From Octopus vulgaris (lineage: Eukaryota), in the NCBI GenBank assembly GCA_951406725.2, contig OX597814.1, positions 165,974,001-166,038,000 of the forward strand: a DNA stretch of 64,000 bases. Reading direction: 5' to 3'. Positions within the stretch are counted from its first letter, which is position 1. Each line of letters starts with the position of its first letter. The notes beneath the pieces are model-generated. The model saw only the letters and a list, made by a program, of their open reading frames with translations, ran no database searches and was not told the origin of the DNA. Below are positions 40,220 through 53,446 of this stretch, piece after piece. Made by a program: the position numbers and the translations under genes.

Positions 40220-41350
40220 GACAATTCTTTTGTAGCACCGCATATCACCAATCAGTACAATCCTTTTGTCATCTCATACTTGAAATGTAGGATATTCACC
40301 ACTTTGACACAAGTATTCCTTGATCTCCCACTTTCACAAGTTCTAGTAACTTGGAGTCTTCAACATTTTTGCATGTAGCAGTCATCCTCCATATGCATTA
40401 CATACTGATACCAACACAGCCTCACTTTTTCTGGTAGTCTACCAGTGATACTACTACTCCTATACCTCTTGTGGGATCATTGTTTACATTGGACATAGCA
40501 TATGGAGTTTATAGCTACTCATTTTCTGCATACTGAGTGAAGTACTTCTCGGATGGTACCGTAGTCTTGGCTTGTTTTCTACTTAGTCTTTGCTAAGTAT
40601 ACCTTGAGGTCTTTCAATTCTAGATTTAGCTTCCATACCTGGAATTTTCTAATTCCACTATAGATTTAGCTATGACTAGATTATTAGCACATAGGAGTTC
40701 CCATTGATGGCCTGGAGAACTGAGCCTTGATGAACTTAGACCTTCACACTAAATTCATTGTTGATTCACACTTACTGCATCTTTGTACAGAGCTTGTACA
40801 GCCCTCACAAGCCATTTGTCTATACCTAATTTTCTTAGTAACCACCAACTTACTGAATGTGCTTCCCTGTCAAATGTTTTCTCCAAATCAACAAATTCCA
40901 GGGATAGCAGTTTACTTTTAACTAAATACTTCTCCTATAGTTGCCTCACTTGGAAGATTACATCCATGATACCTCTGCCAGACACAAAACCAAACTGCAT
41001 CTTATCTAGATTTACTCTGTTACAGACTCTCTTTGTGAGCTTCATAACTTGATCTAACAATTTAACTGCTCTATAATTTCCTCTCTCTAAAGCATTTCTT
41101 TTGCTTTTATTGCAGTCATTGTGAATGTCACCTGTATTTTGATTACCTATCCAGGTGGTTATCATGTATCCTACCTCATCGAATATTTTAAGCATTTCTC
41201 AAACTATCACTGATGGTCCAGTAGCTTTTTCCTTTCATACCTTAATCACTTTATCTACCATGCTACTTTCAACATGAATTGCGGGTCCTTCTGTAAGGTC
41301 AACAACAGGGAGCCTCTTTATCCAATGCATTCTCTACATTCAACAGCTTC
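40220..41350 (-). mobile_element. Older degenerate RTE RT fragment
   Basis: ALERGNYRAVKLLDQVMK...MQFGFVSGRGIMDVIFQVRQL; colinear with the younger RTE but with many stops. Confidence 0.8.
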
Positions 41351-41369
41351 TCATATTAGCACTATACAT

Positions 41370-41920
41370 GACATTTGTTGATTTAATCAAGGCAGCCTAC
41401 ATTTATTGTGAAGGCCTTTTGAAAATTATGTCTAAGTTTGGATGTATAGATAAATGTACCAACATTGTCAGACAGTTTTATGATGATACAATGGTTTGTG
41501 TTCTAATGAAACATAAGCAGACTTTCCTGTCAGCGATGGTGTGAAACAAGGGTGTGTACTAGCACCAACATCACTTAATATGATGTTTCTAGCAATGTAC
41601 AGATGCTTTCAATGATAATCCCCCATGTGTTCACATCCTGTACAGACTGAACGAGTGGTAGACTTCACAACCTTGCACCCTTGAAAGCAGTCACTGAAGT
41701 CTAGACCAACAATATTCCTGATCATATCTTTGCAAATAATTGAATATTAAATGGCATACAACAAAGCAGGGACAGGTTTTTTGTGGCTTGCACCAACTTT
41801 GGTCTGGCCATTAGCACCAAAAAGCTTTAATGTATCAACCCTCACAAGGTTATGAATATACAGAATCAAAAATCATTATCAAGAATATCTGTCTCCAGGA
41901 AGTAGAAAATCTCCACAAAA
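41370..41920 (+). mobile_element. Degenerate RTE/BovB-like RT fragment (related relics about 13130-13510 + and 59230-60190 -)
   Basis: Residual FVDL.KA, V.DGVKQGCVLAPT and FGLAISTKK motifs. Confidence 0.65.
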
Positions 41921-42715
41921 TTGCTGTATAGAAGTTAACAGTGCTCTACATATGATTTATTTCCAAGGCAGAATGAGTGTCATCAACCATCTAAGGACAT
42001 AAAAAACTCAGTCACACAACCAAAGTCATGGTCTTCACTGATCACTGATAGGTGAATTCAGAATAACTTCTCCCAGTTTAAAAACATGCTTGTTATTAAT
42101 GTCTCCCTTAATTGCTGTTAACTGTCCGTTTATAAAAAGTTTGACTTATTACTAGATGATACATCTGAATATTTCAAAACATATCCAATTGACTTTGTAA
42201 AACACAGATACATATTAGTACATTTTCTATAACACTACAAATTATTTGACTAACTTATGTACATTCTTACAAAATCTTATATAAACTCTGTCTTATGAAT
42301 AAAGATGTTATTTGAATTTTAACTGACTTCAAACCTGTATTTACAAACCATATGTACAGCATATATATATATGTGTAATTTTTGGACTAATGGGTATATG
42401 TCAATTAGTATGTTGATCTGTTGAGTAAAGCATTATCATGGTTTGGGCTACCTGGTATCATCTGCAGTTAGGGTGTATTTCCGTTGGATCCACTTCAGAA
42501 ATTCTGTAGTGTTAGTTGAGAGAATTGATTAACGAAACAGAAGATGAATTTGGTATTAGTTTTACTTCCAAGTGATGATTGTTTTGACCTATCTTGCAAC
42601 AGTCGTTTGTAGATGGGATGTTGTGCATCTTATTGTGTTGCATCAATTTTGCAGTCTGGGTAACATCAGGTACATGCATACATAAAGTGGTGTCCTGCTA
42701 AAAGATACTGAATTC

Positions 42716-43262
42716 AAGCGAAACATGCCGCCCCACTCAAAATAAGGGTAGAGGAACATCGCAAAGATGTGACATGAGGAGTAATTGATAAATTGGATAT
42801 AGCTGATCATGTATGGAAAAATGGAGACCACCTCCCCCGATGAGATGAAGTTAAAATAATAGACAGAGAACACCACTGGAAAATGGGAAAACTGAAGGAA
42901 ATAGCACATATGCTAGGACTCAAGCAGACTGTGTTCAGATATGAATAACATATGGAAACCAGTATTTAAGGAAGGATAGGAAAATATTAGATTTATAGGC
43001 GCTAAAAAATTCCCTCCATAACTGCCCATGGATATATGGCATAGTGGTTAAGATCATGGGATACTAACCCCAAGATTCCAAGTTCGATTCCAGGCTTTTA
43101 TCTGAATAATAATAATTACATTGAAAAATACCTTAGGAATGAGAACCCAGGTTCGAAATTTCCCCAAGACACCTGATGAAGGCGGGAGAGTATATCAGCC
43201 GAAACATTGTGTTAACAACAAACAAGATGAGGACAAATATCCATCAAATGTAAATAATGTAA
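42716..43262 (+). mobile_element. Penelope-like element 3' fragment (GIY-YIG endonuclease C-terminus + pseudo-LTR)
   Basis: Translates ETCRP/LKIRVEEHRKDVT*GVIDKLDIADHVWKNGDHLPR*DEVKIIDREHHWKMGKLKEIAHMLG, followed by a tRNA-like segment and a hammerhead motif. Confidence 0.8.
43168..43213 (+). ncRNA. Minimal type I hammerhead ribozyme motif (probably decayed)
   Basis: GACAC-CTGATGA-AGGC...GCC-GAAAC-ATT-GTGTT, same architecture as 13031-13076. Confidence 0.6.
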
Positions 43263-44699
43263 AAAACTAAGTCCACAAGATTTCTGCCTGATAATCAATC
43301 TTCGATTATATAACATCTAGTACCGTTCATATCTTGATGTCTTTTGCCAGGAACTACATGGTTTCAACTCCTAATATACACAATTTACAAAATTTATATA
43401 ATTTATCGAGTAGTTAACGATATCTCGGTCACAGCCCAAATCATCCAAGTTGTGATAAGCCTCAAGTTCCACAAACAAACAATTATTTGTTGATCAATAA
43501 AAAAAAAAGTTTTACAACGGTTTGCTGCAGTGAACAAAGAAGATTGTTGAAATAGTGTGGTTAATTGAGATATTTTTGTACTATCACCCCCATCATTTCC
43601 TTTCATTGACCTATGGACATAACCAAACAAAAAAATGGACATTGTAACAATCCTTAGTTCAATAACTGGGATGAGAGCCTCATCACATCTATTATCGACG
43701 AGGATAAGAGAACCCTCTTCTTTTGAGCTCATAACTTCTGTAGGGAATACGACTGTATGTAAGGAGTTGGTGATAAATGTCTCCTTTAAAACACTGCACG
43801 GTCGCCCCTAACAAAATAAGAAGCCAAATAAATGATATAAAATACAGTGCCAAAAGGAATAAATGAGGACGACAACCGTTCTATTGTTTGAAAGCTCTAA
43901 GACCATGTAGTCGTTCGATCTACAAGAATTAACAGGCAAATCTTCAAATCGCAATCTACTGTCTTAAGACACATTGACTTATGTAGTTCTATGGAAATGA
44001 TCAAAAAATGGACAGAATGGTTAATCACACCGCTAAATAGCAGCTCCTAATAAAGTAAAGCCAACGGGGAAACCTTGCATTGTTGCTCGACCTACTAGAA
44101 ATAGCTAAATTTCCCACACATCACATCATGTGTGAAAAAACAAATGCAGACAAGATGGTGATACCTGGTAGATTTGGCTGGAGATACTAGTTACTCGGGT
44201 AGTTGACCGGGACCACATGCTACGTTATGTTTGGGACCTAAGTACATAACATTTGACAATTTTCTTGAAAGAAAATGATACTATAAAAGAGATATAGGAA
44301 GTGCTATGAAAGTATTTGCAAATCTGAAGGCGAGAAAAAAATGCTAAAGATTAATGTGATTTTTAGCCATTTTTGAAAAAAATTGGCTAATTTTTACTAT
44401 TTTATGATTATTGTTTGGATAATGTTGATATTGCAAATCAATGCAAAGTGTATTTCAAATGGTCTCCAATATTATTCAAGATCGTTAGATAGATAAATGA
44501 AAAGATTTGTGAAGGATTCAGGATCTGTCCCAGGTCAGAGTGCCCTTATCATCAGGTAATATGGGCCGGAGGAGGGCTACCCTTGCAATTTCCCTATAGA
44601 TCAAGGTCTAGGACATGTTTAATGTTCATGACAGAAACACAAATATAAGACATTATTTAAGAAAAATATTAGAAAACACAATATTAAAAAAATCACATT

Positions 44700-46845
44700 T
44701 GTCAGAAAATAGCGTTTTAGTAAAGAACTTCAAATCATCATAAGTCATTCCAGCAAGGAACTTGACAGCTATCGAATAAATTTCCATTTTCGGGATTGGC
44801 GTGAATGATCAGTCCCTGGGCTGTCCATTTTAATACTTCAACAGTAGTCCGCCGTCATTCTAATATCCCAACGTCCTTGATATCTTTCTTTCATCACTTT
44901 GATGTCCTGATGTCTCTTTGTTCATCACTTAGATCACCACAGTTATCAGGAAGCCAGTCCCGATGACTGTGAAGGAAGTGTACTTTAATACTCATGTTAG
45001 CTCCGAGAGCATCAAAGCATGTCAGCAAATGTTCAACAAGTTCCTTATAGTCCGGTGACTGCTTACTCCCCAAAAAGTTTTTAACGACAGCTGCAAATGC
45101 ATTCCAGGCGTTTGATTCTAGCATAATCATACTGCTTACAAAGTTCTCATCCTGAATAAGTTTTCGTATATCAGGTCCATCAAAAACACCTGCTTTCAGC
45201 TTCTCAATGCTGAGACCAGGAAATACTTCACAAATATACTTGAAGCAACAGCCTTCCTTGTCTACAGCTTTCACAAATTGTTTCATTGAACCCAGTTTTA
45301 TGTGGAGAGGAGGGAAAACTATTTTCTTTCCACACAAGTGGAAGATTTATGATGTTTTTCTCTCCGACTTCCAATTCTTCCCGAACAGGCCAAACCTTTT
45401 TCACCCAGCGCTGTTCTTTGGCACAGCTGTCCCATAAGCATAAAAAAAAGCATAAGTATTTTGTGTAGCCAGACTGTTGTCCAAGTAAAATGTTTACCAT
45501 TTTTAAATCGACGCGACTGATCCAGTTATGACTAGAGTAGTTAATACTTTCCATCACCTGTTTTATCAGCTCATACTTTTCTTTCAGTGTAGTGGAGTGT
45601 CCAATTAGTATGGAAGCATACATGTTAGTGTTGTGTAGAAGTACGCACTTCAAGTTGCGCTTTGAACTATCGATAAATAACATCCCCATTGCATTCAGAG
45701 TAGGAACTGATGTCTGTTGGGGACTGAGATGTCACTGTGGTAGGCCCCCTCAACCCCACAGGTCTTTACTGTCTGCCTTGCTGCCTAAATGCTGGTCACT
45801 TTGCTTGTCACACCGAGCTAAACTTAATCGTTAAGTGGCCCTGGCTTGGATTAATATCCCCTCAGTTCTGAAGCCATTGGGGTTATCCAGAATTGATGGA
45901 AAGAGACTAAATGGTCTTACCTTCTGTCCTTGGGTTAAAGGTAGGTGCCTCATTTGGGACACCACAGTCTACGACTGTGAGCATCATATTCATCAACACC
46001 CAATCTAAGAAGTAACTGTTCAATTTCATTACAAAACACAAGATTGTCGTTTTGTTCAAAGAATGGGGTGAACTCAGTACCTCGGTTGCGGTAAAAGTAA
46101 CATTTGTTTTAGCTGCTAACAATTTTTTCTAGCGAAGGCGTGATGCTAACAACTCTGCTGACTCTTTTGATAAATTCAGGTCTCGAATTAAGTCACTCAG
46201 TTCATCTTGATTGAACAGTTTTGGTTCAATTGCTGATTCAAAACAGTCAAAATCACTGTCAGCTTCACTGGCATTATCAAAATCAGGGTTAGAATCACTT
46301 TCAGTCATCTTTTCGTACTCTGGTTCTTGTGCAAGTCGTGTGACTACAGCGGGAACTAGAATATCAGCAATTCCTTGAAAACTGGAGCTGCAGAATCTTC
46401 AAAATGTGGTATGGGCTGAATATCAGAGGGAATGTAGGGGAATGATATTTTCTTCCTGTTCTTCTTGTTGAATCCAACCAAACTAACCATGCAACCATCA
46501 TGATGATTCTTCGGTTCACGCCATATCATCAGAATCCCAAATTTAAGGGAGGTTTGAGTACGTTTTGTCCACAGGCGTATACAGTAATGCATGGCAGTAA
46601 TGTTTAGAGTGTTTGTTTCAATGCCAATTTGTATTGTCATAGCTTGAAGAACTAAAAATAATATTTAGAAATATCAGGGCACAATAGCAATTTTGGTCAA
46701 AAATCGTTAATTTTTTTTAATGCTTTTTTTTATACAGCTGAAACCTGACGTGATGGGAGAAAATGGAGGTAAGTTTTGGATTCAGCACCCCAAAAATAGC
46801 AAAGGAAGGTTTCTTTTTCCAGCAGAAAAACTGTGTTGACCGGTG
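44700..46845 (-). mobile_element. Chapaev3-like DNA transposon with disrupted transposase
   Basis: WREPKNHHDGC, LFIDSSK..LKCVLLHN, DLKMVNILLGQQSGYTKY.CF.CLWDS, PPLHIKLG.MKQFVKA, MSIKVHFLHSH, YQGRW...DYC. Terminus CACCGGTCAACA flanked by TWA at 46846-46848; the other terminus was not found. Confidence 0.8.
45683..45974 (+). mobile_element. Fragment of a CRE-like (restriction-like endonuclease) non-LTR retrotransposon nested in the Chapaev3 ORF
   Basis: RCHCG...CLPC...GHFACHTELNLIVK...NIPSVLKPLGLSRIDGKRLNGLTFCPWVKGRCLIWDTTV, matching the zinc knuckle + DGKRPDG..PW..G..L.WD pattern. Confidence 0.75.
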
Positions 46846-48875
46846 TAATCACCTTTGTGCTTAAGAGTAATCTTAGCAATTAATTAAGTCGGATTTCATC
46901 CATAAATGGCCCAACACAACCTTAACAGTTACATGGTCATTTTATCCTTTAAGGTAGGGTAAACTTAGAAATGATCCAAGATTATTTGGATCTAGATGTA
47001 GAGAATGTGCTATTTTTAAGTCTAAGGAATAGTAATAGGTAGACATTTTAAAGTCGAATATTTCCTACCTTTGCAGAGTCAAAGAAATATCCCTGTCTCT
47101 GTTTTCCAAGATCATATAGATAATAAAGAATGCTAGTGTGTTGGGCGTTATTTCTACCAACTCTTTATACCTGAGTTCAAACCCCGCTGAAGTTGACTTT
47201 GCCTTTCATCCTTTTGAGGTCAACAGAAATGAAGTACCAATCAAGTACTGATGTCGATTCCCCTTTTCTTTTTATTTTCCATTCATTCGGTTGATATCCG
47301 ACTAGTTATTGCTATTGAAATGAAGGTAGCAACCAGTACAAGGCCAGGTAAAAAAAAAGAGGCTGAGCTAGGGGCCTGCCACTACCAATAAAAACTAGCT
47401 TGTTACGGCACGTCCTAGTAAACCAAAGAAAACCTTTGTAGCTCAGAAGCAGTTGGTGGGCGTGGACAGAATGAGGAAGTCCCTAAGATTTGATACTATT
47501 TTCTTTTCGTCCAATACTCTTTTAGAAGATACTCTCGGTGCACTCTAAATAATTTTTAAATTTGTAGGGTCACCATTTGGATTGGAATTTAATAAGTGTC
47601 CCATGAAGTGGCTTGTCGATTAAGATTTACCGAGACCTTTGGAAGTATGCTGAGCGTGAGAAGACCCGGCAGGACAAGTGAGACCATCACCCATGGCCTC
47701 AGTCCACTTATGTATACCTTTCCTTCTTGAGACACAAAACCCTACTTGTGAAGACCTGTTGAGGCAAGTGAAAATCAAAAAATCAAAAATCAAAATCGAT
47801 CAACATGAATGGAAATTGTCACTGTGATATCAGTGCTGGTGGCACATAAGTGAACCATCCGAACGTGGCCATTGCCGCCCTGACTGGCTTCCGTGCCGGT
47901 GGCACGTAAAAAGCACCATCTGATCGTGGCCGTTGCCAGCCTCGCCTGGCCTCTGTGCCGGTGGCACGTAAAAAGCACCATCCGACCGTGACCGTTTGCC
48001 AGACTTGTCTGGCACCTGTGCAGGTGGCACGTAAAAAGCACCCACTACACTCATGGAGTGGTTGGCGTTAGGAAGGGCATCCAGCCGTAGAAACATTGCC
48101 AGATCAGACTGGGCCTGGTGCAGCCTTCTAGCTTCCCAGACCCCAGTTGCACCGTCCAACCCATGCCAGCATGGAAAGCGGACGCTAAACGATGATGATG
48201 ATGATTCCATGCCTAAACCATTAACTCTTTAAGTTAGTATTCATCAAACTTTGTGGTCGTCAAGGTTTTCCAGAAGCTCTCTTTGTATATAAGAATTTTC
48301 TTTCTTTCTGAATAACAATATCAAAAGAGGGAACGTAACACGACATTCGAACCGAGTATTCTAGTTTTGTTCTTTTTACATTTCAAGAAATTTTAACATT
48401 AAAGATTATTGTAATCTTAAAGTACACGTGATAATATTCAGGAGTGATAAGTTAGCAGAAATAGACCTGCAAATTAAATACCTTATACTTCTATCTCTTT
48501 AGATTCTGAATTCGCACTTTGGGAAGTCGAGTTTGTCTCCGAATCCCTATGGGATGGATAGAAGTCTGGCGTAGCATGGTAAATTCCATTGTCTCGACCA
48601 CGGTCGAACAATGATGATGATGATGGATAGATTAAGCACCAACACTACACTGCAGTCAACTCCCACAAAATATTGGTATAATGCTGTCCTAGGAATGACA
48701 GTATCTTAAAGATGAAATATATTATTTACTATTCAGAATTATATCTTTCCAATTTTACTTTGAATATAGAAAGTTGTAATTTGTGCGTGAGTGTGTGTGT
48801 GTATAAAAGCGAACTAATTAAAGTAGTTTGGATATTATTTGCGAGTCGACAATTTAATAAGTTCACCGGAAAAAA

Positions 48876-48972
48876 ATGACGCGATCTAAATGGCAAAAGA
48901 TTTTGTACGAGGATCAGGGAGTTAGTGATAATTATGTTGATGAGACATTTTTGGATGAACTCAAAAAAAATC
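48876..48972 (+). CDS. PIGC: PIG-C/GPI2 (GPI-GlcNAc transferase subunit C), coding exon 1 of 7
   Basis: Translates MTRSKWQKILYEDQGVSDNYVDETFLDELKKN, matching the PIG-C N-terminal WxKxLY...DNYVD..FL.EL..N motif. GTATGT donor at 48973, phase 1. Confidence 0.95.
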
Positions 48973-50788
48973 GTATGTGATTATATTTAAGTGTTCTTCT
49001 AATTAAAGCATTTTTACTCATGTATTGATTGACCCTTATTTAGTTATAGAGTTGCTTGATTTTAGGCATAGCGTTTTCGACGGTGTAGTTTCGTCGCTGT
49101 CAGGTACGAGCAAACCACGAATGAATGAAAACAACACTGAAGAAACAAATTGAAATTAAATGTGTATAAAAGAACATTATTTATCTAAATCTCCAGTTAT
49201 AGGTTCGCTAGCTAAATTCATAAAGCATCAATAAATGAAATTAACCATCTGGCTAAGCACATAATAGTGTTTTATATCGTTCTTCTGCCTTTACGTTCTG
49301 GGTTCAAATTCCGCCGAGGTCGACTTTGCCTTTCATCCACTCGGGGTCGATAAATAAAGTACCAGTTACGCACTAGGGTCGATATAATCGACTTAATCCG
49401 TTTGTCTGTCCTTGTTTGTCCCTTGTGGGTAGTAAAGAAATAGGTATTTCCTTCGGGCTTTGTTTTGTCCCACCAACATATATATCATTGTATAGGCATA
49501 ACTATTTCTCCGTTTCCGTTGATTTGGCAGAAAAGTGAATGATTATCTGTCTTTGAAGAAAACTACAAACGAAACATTGCCAAAACTAATAATACTGAAC
49601 TATTCCCAAACTTGACTGTGTTTGTTCTGATGTTTTTCTCTCCGACTTCCAATTCTTCCCGAACAGGCCAAACCTTTTTCACCCTGCCTATTCTTCACCT
49701 CACTGTATTTTTTTAAATTACAAATTTTAATTAATAATGACTGGCGTCTCAATTCTTTTCATTTTTGTTTTTAACAAATTTCATATTTTGAGTTGTCACC
49801 CCTGCCTATGTTTGATTTCTCTTAAGCGTTGTTCGGCAATGTTTACCTCTCCGTAAAACATGTATAGTTTCATTAATTAAAATAATCATGCTCGCCACTC
49901 TTACGTTACGTGAGCACTTATTTCACTGTCCTTACAAGCACAGGAAAATCGATGTGTGTATGTATGTATGTATGTATGTCGTTTCAGTTGTTGGACTGCG
50001 GCCTTGCTGGGCATCATAAACAGTTTAGTTAAACAAGTCGAGATGGGTTTGTCTTATGAGCCCACGAAACTCTTAATAATATAGAGCTGAGTCAAACTAA
50101 AGTCAGTCAATAGTCAAGGATTTAAATTGATCCCATTAAGGGATCAAAGTAAAACTACTATTAAGTGGAACTTGATAGCCAGAAAGATAGCATGTCGTGT
50201 GTGTGAGCATGAGTGTATACAGGTGTTATTGTTTATGCTATGGATATCAAATAAATGTCAGATTGAAATAAATACTAGGTTTCAAGTTAATGAGGGGACT
50301 TTTACATACATGACCATTTAAATTACTAGAAATAAGTCAACTTTCCTTGAAACATATCCTACCATCTTAGAAAAAAAACACACTTCAGATAATGTGGTCT
50401 GTTATACTGAAAACAGGACGGGATAGTCATACCTTAAATTCCTTTTGGTCATAGGTTTTCTCAACTACCGCTAACTTGGAGGTAAAGAAGTACTTGCGTT
50501 AATGTTAACAAAACCCTTGAAGGCAGTGCTCCAGCATGACCACTGTTTATAACTGAAAATCTATATGAAGTGTGAAAGTGAATATAAAGTTCTAGAGCTC
50601 GCTTTTTTTTTTCTGATTCATTGCCTGCAATAATATTGATGAATACATGGAAATATGAATTCGGGAAAATATAGAATAAGTCTGTTTGCAGCGATAGTTA
50701 TGTTGATTTTATAAATTATTAATAATTGTTGAAGGATATTCCTTAAAAACGCAATTGATACTTCATTAAACATTATTTCTATTTTTAG

Positions 50789-50858
50789 TGTATATCAGAT
50801 CCTATGATTACTGGAGGGCTGCTCAGGAGTCAGGTACATTTACTCAACAAATGTGCAG
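50789..50858 (+). CDS. PIGC: PIG-C coding exon 2
   Basis: TTTTTAG acceptor; (L)YIRSYDYWRAAQESGTFTQQMC(S); GTATGT donor; phases 1->2 fit the neighbouring exons. Confidence 0.93.
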
Positions 50859-51812
50859 GTATGTTGAGACTGTTACACTAAAAATTACTTCATTATATCA
50901 TTCATTCTGCCTTTTTATTAGTTCTTTTGCATCTCCCATTTGCCGTGTATCCGTGATTGGCTTATAGTTTTAGTAGCACTGGTTCCTTCTTGACTTGTCC
51001 CCATCAATTTGCAAGTTTCAATATTTTTTCTGTTTAAGTGGTGAGTTGGCAGAATTGCTTGCGCATCAGACAAAATGCTTAGTGGTATTTCTTCCAGCTT
51101 TTTACATTCTGAGTTCAAATTCCTCCAAGGCCCACTTTGCTTTTCATCCTTTCAGGGTCAGTAAAATAAATACCAGTTGAGTACTGGGGTTGATGTAATC
51201 GACTAAAGCCCTCACCCCTAAAATTACTGACCTTGTGCCAAAATTTAAAACCAATATTTTTCTCTGTTTACCTTCCATGTTTAGTGTTCAAACATGTTAG
51301 CAATATTGGAACTTAAATATATTGATAAGTTAATTTGAGATATTCTGATAGTAATTTCTGTTAGCTTGTATCACATAGCCAAGTTTCCTGGGGCTAAATA
51401 GCAGTAGTATTCTTCCCTTTCCTGCTACATTAAGTTGGAAACAAACCATCACTTTTTCCATTATTTATTTTATCTTTAAATTTTTATTTATAGGATTCAA
51501 TTAAAAATTCTTAAGCAATGCTAGAAAAAATTTTTTTTTCTGTCCCTCATTAATTAACCTTGGAATATTAAATGTTGGAAAGAGTAGTGATAGAAACCTG
51601 GGTTCTGTGTTTTTGAATATATAATTTATTACCCTTTTTTTCTTCTTCATTTCAAATTTAGTTGTGAACTATATTTCTTGCTATTTCTTTTGAGCCAGTC
51701 CAATAGGCTATACTTCACCCTTTAAAAAATGAATGTTGTGCTAGAGAAATAAAATCAATGAATAGTAAATTAAATTTGTTTCTTTTTTTTTCTTAAATCT
51801 CTTTTATTTCAG

Positions 51813-51964
51813 TGTTTGCATTTTTGTTGTTGTCTTCATATACATGGATCAAGAAAAGCTGAGCCCCCAAGTACTTTTCATTGTTTCTTCTCTTTTGACT
51901 CTCATTGGTTATTGCATTAAAGTTATCATACATGACAAACAAGAAATTAACAATAAAAGAACAA
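51813..51964 (+). CDS. PIGC: PIG-C coding exon 3
   Basis: TTTCAG acceptor; VCIFVVVFIYMDQEKLSPQVLFIVSSLLTLIGYCIKVIIHDKQEINNKRT with hydrophobic segments; GTAAGT donor; phases 2->1. Confidence 0.93.
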
Positions 51965-53277
51965 GTAAGTAAATTATTGTTTTATCATTATTTTCATTGT
52001 TATCACTATTTTACAATCATTCTCCATGTTGGTATTTTTTTATGGTTGAATATATTGAAATGGATTGTATAACACATTACTACTGCAGCATAATTTTTTT
52101 CCCCCTTACTGTATTTTATTGATGTAAGTTCAATTAGGCTTTATTTAACTCTTGCTTTCTAACCTAAGAAAAGTACACTTTCATTTTAATTGCTATTTAA
52201 CCCCTAAACCTATATGATATCTTATTTTAAGTTAGTAAGATGTTGTCAGCTGGTTGAAATGAAAAAAATTATTGTATTGTTTCTAACACTGTGTTGTGTC
52301 CTTAAGAAAAATACTTAACTTATAAAAGTTCAGTCCACCTGGCCATAAATAGATGAGCACCATACGAGTATGATCATTAATAGAGCGGCTAACCGGCTTC
52401 CGTGCCAGTGGCACTTAAAAGGCACCATTTGAGTGTGATTGTTACCAGTGTCACCTTACTGGCACCTGTGCCGGTGGCATGTGTAAAAGATTCGAGTGAG
52501 GTCCTTGCCAATACTGCCAGGCTGGCCCCATTCCAGTGGCACATAAAAACACCCACTACTCTCTTGGAGTGGTTGGCGTTAGGAAGGGCATCCAGCTGTA
52601 GAAACTCTGCCAGATCAAGATTGAGGCCTGGTGCAGCCATCTGGTTCGCCAGCCCTCAGTCAAATCGTCCATGGAAAGCGGACGTTAAACGATGATGATG
52701 ATGTTTACAAGCAGTGATGATTTCATTAGTTTGCTCAGCTGGTCTCAAATGTGCCTTTGCAAAAAATCTGTGATAGATTGGCATCATTTCCAAGAGAAGA
52801 AATACTGTAAAAGTACTTCATACAAAGAGATATAAAACTTCCATGATATACTATGGTAAAGAGCATTAGATGAAATAAGACTTGGTACTAACATTATGAA
52901 ATTATTGGTTTCAAATGTTGGCACAAGGCCAACAATCTCGGGGAAAGGGGTAAGTTGATTACATCATCCCCAGTGCTCAACTGGTACTTATTTTATTGAT
53001 CCTGAAAGGATGAAAGGCAAAATAGACCTTGGCAGAATTTGAACTCACAATATAAAGATGGGCAAAATACCACTAAACCTTTTGCTCTGTGTGATAATCC
53101 TGCCAGCTACATGAAGTTATTGAAAAAAATTTAGTGCTTGATTTTTCAATTCAAAAATTTACCCATTCCTATGAAGATTTCTGTAATGACTGACTAACTT
53201 TTAAATAGTTGTTATACAACAGATAATTTTGACAGAACATTTTGATATTAAATATTTCTAAATATATTCCATTACAG

Positions 53278-53446
53278 AAATGGATGATCTGAAGACAGCT
53301 GTGATATTTGTATCATTCAGTTTAATTCTGTGTCCAGTACTTGTATCTTTGACACAGACCATCAGTACAGATACCATTTATTGCATGAGTACAGTAATGT
53401 TGCTCTCCAATGTTCTCTTCCATGACTATGGTCCTTATTCTGCTGT
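53278..53446 (+). CDS. PIGC: PIG-C coding exon 4
   Basis: TTACAG acceptor; MDDLKTAVIFVSFSLILCPVLVSLTQTISTDTIYCMSTVMLLSNVLFHDYGPYSA with the conserved PVL.xLT.xISTDTIY and F.DYG motifs; GTAAGT donor. Confidence 0.96.

Noticed and set aside
43403-43732. 109-aa minus-strand ORF
   Set aside because: No recognisable motif, splice context or promoter.
47840-48045. CRISPR-like spaced repeats (GGCACGTAAAAAGCACC)
   Set aside because: These are internal repeats of the RTE 3'UTR; the spacers are related to each other, the context is eukaryotic and there are no cas genes.
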